This document shows, piece after piece, positions 7,728 through 10,905 of a stretch of 10,905 nt of DNA. Position 1 is the stretch's first letter. Each line of letters starts with the position of its first letter. The stretch lies in NCBI GenBank assembly GCA_052390515.1, contig JBQTGV010000181.1, forward strand, positions 1-10,905, given 5' to 3'. The stretch comes from Candidatus Eiseniibacteriota bacterium. GTDB taxonomy: Bacteria > ARS69. A program made the translations under genes and the position numbers. The notes under the pieces are model-generated. The model saw only the letters and a list, made by a program, of their open reading frames with translations. It made no database searches and was not told where the DNA came from.

Positions 7728-7813
7728 GCGTAGACAGCCCGGCTCTATTCACCCCGTGCCCTCGACTTGTGGTGCGTCGTTCGAGTGCATCCGCTTGGTC
7801 GGAGGTCACCATC

Positions 7814-10800
7814 ATGAAATGCCCTCGGTGCCACGCAGATAACCGCGAACGGGCACGATTCTGCCGCGAATGCGGAGCGACGTTCGGAACGCTCTGTTCG
7901 AGCTGCGGCGTCGAGGTCGAGGGTGGGAGCAAGTTCTGCGACGCCTGCGGAGCGCCCCTCGCGGGTGCGCCGGTGCCCGGCCAAGGGCCGGCCCGTTACT
8001 CGTGCCCGGAGTCGTACACGCCGAAGCACCTTGCGGAACGCATCCTCACCTCGAGGGCCGCGCTCGAGGGCGAACGCAAGCAAGTCACCGTCCTCTTCGC
8101 CGACTTGAAGAGTTCGATGGAGCTGCTCGCGGACCGCGATCCCGAAGAAGCCCGCAAGATCCTCGACCCCGTCCTGGAGCTCATGATGGAAGCGGTCCAT
8201 CGCTACGAGGGCACCGTGAACCAGGTCATGGGTGACGGGATCATGGCGCTGTTCGGTGCGCCCCTCGCCCACGAGGACCACGGGGTACGCGCGTGCTATG
8301 CCGCTCTACGCATCCAGGAGTCGCTGCGCCGGTACACGGAGGACGTCCGCCGGTCGTATGGCGTCGAGATCCAAGCGCGTGTTGGCCTCAACTCAGGCGA
8401 GGTAATGGTGCGATCTGTCGGAAGCGATCTGAAGATGGATTACACCGCCGTTGGTCAGACGACGCATCTTGCCGCGCGGGTGGAGCAACTTGCAGCGCCG
8501 GGGACGATCCGGTTCACCGGCGAGACTCTGGCGCTGGCCGAGGGCTACGTGGCGGTGCAAGCGCTCGGTCCAGTGCCGGTGAAAGGATTGGACAGCCCCG
8601 TGGAGCTGTATCAACTCACGGGCGTAGGACCAGCGCGGTCGCGGTTGCAGGCCGCGGCGGTGCGCGGACTCACGCGCTTCGTCGGGCGCGATCCGGAACT
8701 CGAGGAGCTGAGCCAGGCGCTCGCACTCGCCCACGGTGGCCATGGTCAGGTCGTCGCACTCGTGGGCGAACCCGGCGTCGGCAAATCGCGCCTCTACTGG
8801 GAGTTCACGCGCTCGCATCGCACGCACGGATGGCTGATCGCAGAGACGAACTCCGTCTCGTATGGCAAAGCGACCGCGTACCTGCCGGTCATCGACCTCC
8901 TGAGATCGTATTTTCAGATCGAGAGCCGTGATGAGCCGCGCAAGATCCGCGAGAAGGTGACAGGAAAGGTCCTCTCCCTCGATCGGGTCCTGGAGCCGTT
9001 TCTTCCACCGCTCCTCTCGCTCCTCGACGCCTCCAGCGGTGATCCAACGTGGGAGACTCTCGACCCGGCGCATCGCCGCCGACGGACCCTGGACGGCGTC
9101 AAGCATGTACTGCTCCGCGAAAGCCAGGTCCAGCCGCTCGTCGTGATCTTCGAGGACCTCCATTGGATCGATACGGAGACGCAGGCCTTGCTCGACACTC
9201 TCGTCGAGAGCGTGCCGACCGCCCGCCTCCTCCTCCTCGTCAACTATCGGCCCGAGTACGTGCACAACTGGGCGCGCAAGACGTACTACCGACAGCTCCG
9301 CATCGACCCTCTGCCCCCGGCGCGCGCCGAGATCGTGCTCGACGCGTTGCTCGGGAGCGACGCCGCGCTCGCGCCGTTGAAGCGGCGGCTGATCGAACGG
9401 ACGGAAGGGAATCCGTTCTTCCTGGAAGAAAGCGTGCGGGCCCTGGTCGAGGTCAGAATGCTCGAGGGCGAGCGCGGCGCGTACCGACTGGCGAAACCGA
9501 CCGAGACCTTTCAGATTCCGGCGACCGCGGAGGCGATCCTCGCTGCCCGCATCGACCGGCTCGCTCCCGAGGACAAGCGCGTCCTTCAGAACGCCGCCGT
9601 CGTGGGGAAGGACGTGCCGTTCGCGCTCCTCGAGGCCGTCGTGGACGAACCCGAGGAATCGTTGCGCCGCAGTCTCCACAATGTTCAGGCCGCCGAGTTC
9701 CTGTACCAGACGCAGCTCTTCCCTGATCTGGAGTACACGTTCAAGCACGCCCTCACGCAGGAGGTCGCGTATCGCAGCCTGCCGGTGGAGCGGCGGCGCA
9801 GCTGTCACGAACGAATCGCGACGGTGCTGGAAGAGACCTTCGCCGACCGCCTCGACGAGAAAACCGAACTCTTGGCCCACCACTATCAGCAGAGCCGGAA
9901 CGCGGCCAAGGCCGTCGCCTATCTCACGCGGGCTGCGCAGAAGGCGACGGCGCGGTTCGCGGCGGAGGAGGCGCTGCGCTACTACGATGCCGTCATTGCG
10001 TGCCTCGATCAGCTTCCTCGTGGCGAGGAACGGGACCGACAACGCCTCGATGTTCGCCTCGCGCAGGTGGACATGGTCTGGGTCGGCGGGCGGTACGCAG
10101 AGGGACGGCGGATGCTCCACGAGATCCGCGAGATCGCCGAGCGGCTGGGCGATCTTCCGCGGCTCGCCCAGATCCACTTCAAGTTCGGCTGGTACCGGTA
10201 CGACCAGATGGACTTGGACGGCGCCTTCGCACACCATCGGGAATGCTTCGCGCTCTGCGAGCGGCTCGGTCAACTCTCGCAGATGCGTGAGGTCTACTGG
10301 GGGCTCGGCAACAGCTGTCGATCGGTCTCGAGCGACATCGACGTCCGGCGTCGGACGGCGATCGACTATCACCTCACCGGGCTTGTCCTCGCGGAGCGCG
10401 CCGTGCCGAGCGTGTTCATCTGGGATGTGCACAACGCTCACTTCCTGTGGCTCATCCACCTCTTTCAGCTCGGGGAGTGGGACGTAGCCAGGACTTATCT
10501 GGATCGCGCCGAGCGGATCGCCAGGGCTTTTCCCAAAGGAACCGATGTCGTGCATGTGGAGCTCACGAAGGGATCGGTCGGCCTATCACACCTGCTCAAG
10601 GGCGACTGGAATGTCGAGGTCGCGCTCGACTGGCTCCGGGAGAGCCTCGAGACCGCCGAGCGGGCGGGCAGTCATATCTACACGACGATCGGGCGCTACC
10701 TCCTCGCGCAGGGGTATTTTCTCGCCGGCGATTTTCCGCAGGCGCTGTCGCATTTCGAGACGACGCTCGCGATAGCCGAGGAGACCGGCAACCTCTTCCG

Positions 10801-10905
10801 ACCCGGCGCGCTGCTCTGGACGGCCGAGACGGAGGCGACTGTACCGGGCCGGGCCGACGCGGCGGTCCGGCACGTCGAGCAGTACGATGCGCTCGCCGAG
10901 CAGGT
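7814..10905 (+). CDS. Double zinc ribbon + class III adenylate/guanylate cyclase + STAND ATPase + TPR protein, 3' end outside window (>1030 aa)
   Basis: GGAGG RBS at 7801-7805, ATG at 7814, open to the edge. Four CxxC pairs (C3/6, C17/20, C28/31, C42/45). Cyclase motifs ERKQVTVLFAD, MGDGIMALFGAP, RVGLNSGEV, YTAVGQTTHLAAR. FVGR, Walker A GEPGVGKS (8765-8788), Walker B LVVIFEDLHW, GNPFF, YTFKHALTQEVAY, then TPR-like helices. Confidence 0.95.
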   Translation, partial: MKCPRCHADNRERARFCRECGATFGTLCSSCGVEVEGGSKFCDACGAPLAGAPVPGQGPARYSCPESYTPKHLAERILTSRAALEGERKQVTVLFADLKSSMELLADRDPEEARKILDPVLELMMEAVHRYEGTVNQVMGDGIMALFGAPLAHEDHGVRACYAALRIQESLRRYTEDVRRSYGVEIQARVGLNSGEVMVRSVGSDLKMDYTAVGQTTHLAARVEQLAAPGTIRFTGETLALAEGYVAVQALGPVPVKGLDSPVELYQLTGVGPARSRLQAAAVRGLTRFVGRDPELEELSQALALAHGGHGQVVALVGEPGVGKSRLYWEFTRSHRTHGWLIAETNSVSYGKATAYLPVIDLLRSYFQIESRDEPRKIREKVTGKVLSLDRVLEPFLPPLLSLLDASSGDPTWETLDPAHRRRRTLDGVKHVLLRESQVQPLVVIFEDLHWIDTETQALLDTLVESVPTARLLLLVNYRPEYVHNWARKTYYRQLRIDPLPPARAEIVLDALLGSDAALAPLKRRLIERTEGNPFFLEESVRALVEVRMLEGERGAYRLAKPTETFQIPATAEAILAARIDRLAPEDKRVLQNAAVVGKDVPFALLEAVVDEPEESLRRSLHNVQAAEFLYQTQLFPDLEYTFKHALTQEVAYRSLPVERRRSCHERIATVLEETFADRLDEKTELLAHHYQQSRNAAKAVAYLTRAAQKATARFAAEEALRYYDAVIACLDQLPRGEERDRQRLDVRLAQVDMVWVGGRYAEGRRMLHEIREIAERLGDLPRLAQIHFKFGWYRYDQMDLDGAFAHHRECFALCERLGQLSQMREVYWGLGNSCRSVSSDIDVRRRTAIDYHLTGLVLAERAVPSVFIWDVHNAHFLWLIHLFQLGEWDVARTYLDRAERIARAFPKGTDVVHVELTKGSVGLSHLLKGDWNVEVALDWLRESLETAERAGSHIYTTIGRYLLAQGYFLAGDFPQALSHFETTLAIAEETGNLFRPGALLWTAETEATVPGRADAAVRHVEQYDALAEQ

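Noticed and set aside
2773..7842. Numerous overlapping alternative-frame ORFs (e.g. 3438..4313, 4927..5661, 5650..6234, 6542..7276, 6942..7733)
   Set aside because: Typical GC-rich shadow ORFs overlapping better-supported genes.
8393..10555. 720-aa minus-strand ORF (also 7745..8281)
   Set aside because: Antisense shadow of the high-GC3 cyclase-STAND gene, which has clear motifs and an RBS on the plus strand.
1..10905. CRISPR array, tRNA/rRNA, reverse transcriptase or DGR repeats
   Set aside because: No regularly spaced repeats, cloverleaf, RT motif or long near-identical repeat pair seen by eye.

Overview
GC-rich bacterial accessory region. The gene style resembles soil lineages with expanded STAND proteins, such as Candidatus Rokubacteria, but taxonomy is only an impression. 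Left to right: (1) a secreted beta-rich hypothetical gene on the minus strand that runs off the left edge and is missing from the ORF track; (2) a ~700-bp intergenic stretch with several palindromes and hairpins; (3) a frameshifted, truncated N-terminal fragment of an HTH-containing putative transposase; (4) a ~3.3-kb SARP-like wHTH/BTAD + STAND ATPase + TPR regulator broken in three places, one break being a CTAG-T-CTAG duplication that looks like an IS footprint; (5) a divergent promoter with four ~11-bp-phased T(T/C/G)ACG repeats; (6) two exported proteins, one Sec-type and His/Met-rich, one Tat-type with mosaic codon usage; (7) an ISL3 transposase relic; (8) an intact double zinc ribbon + class III nucleotide cyclase + STAND ATPase + TPR gene with a non-canonical active site, running off the right edge and also missing from the ORF track. 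The best system candidate is a pair of NLR-like STAND-TPR sensors with different output domains (transcription activation vs cyclic nucleotide synthesis) flanking a cassette of uncharacterised secreted proteins. No rRNA, tRNA or CRISPR array was seen.
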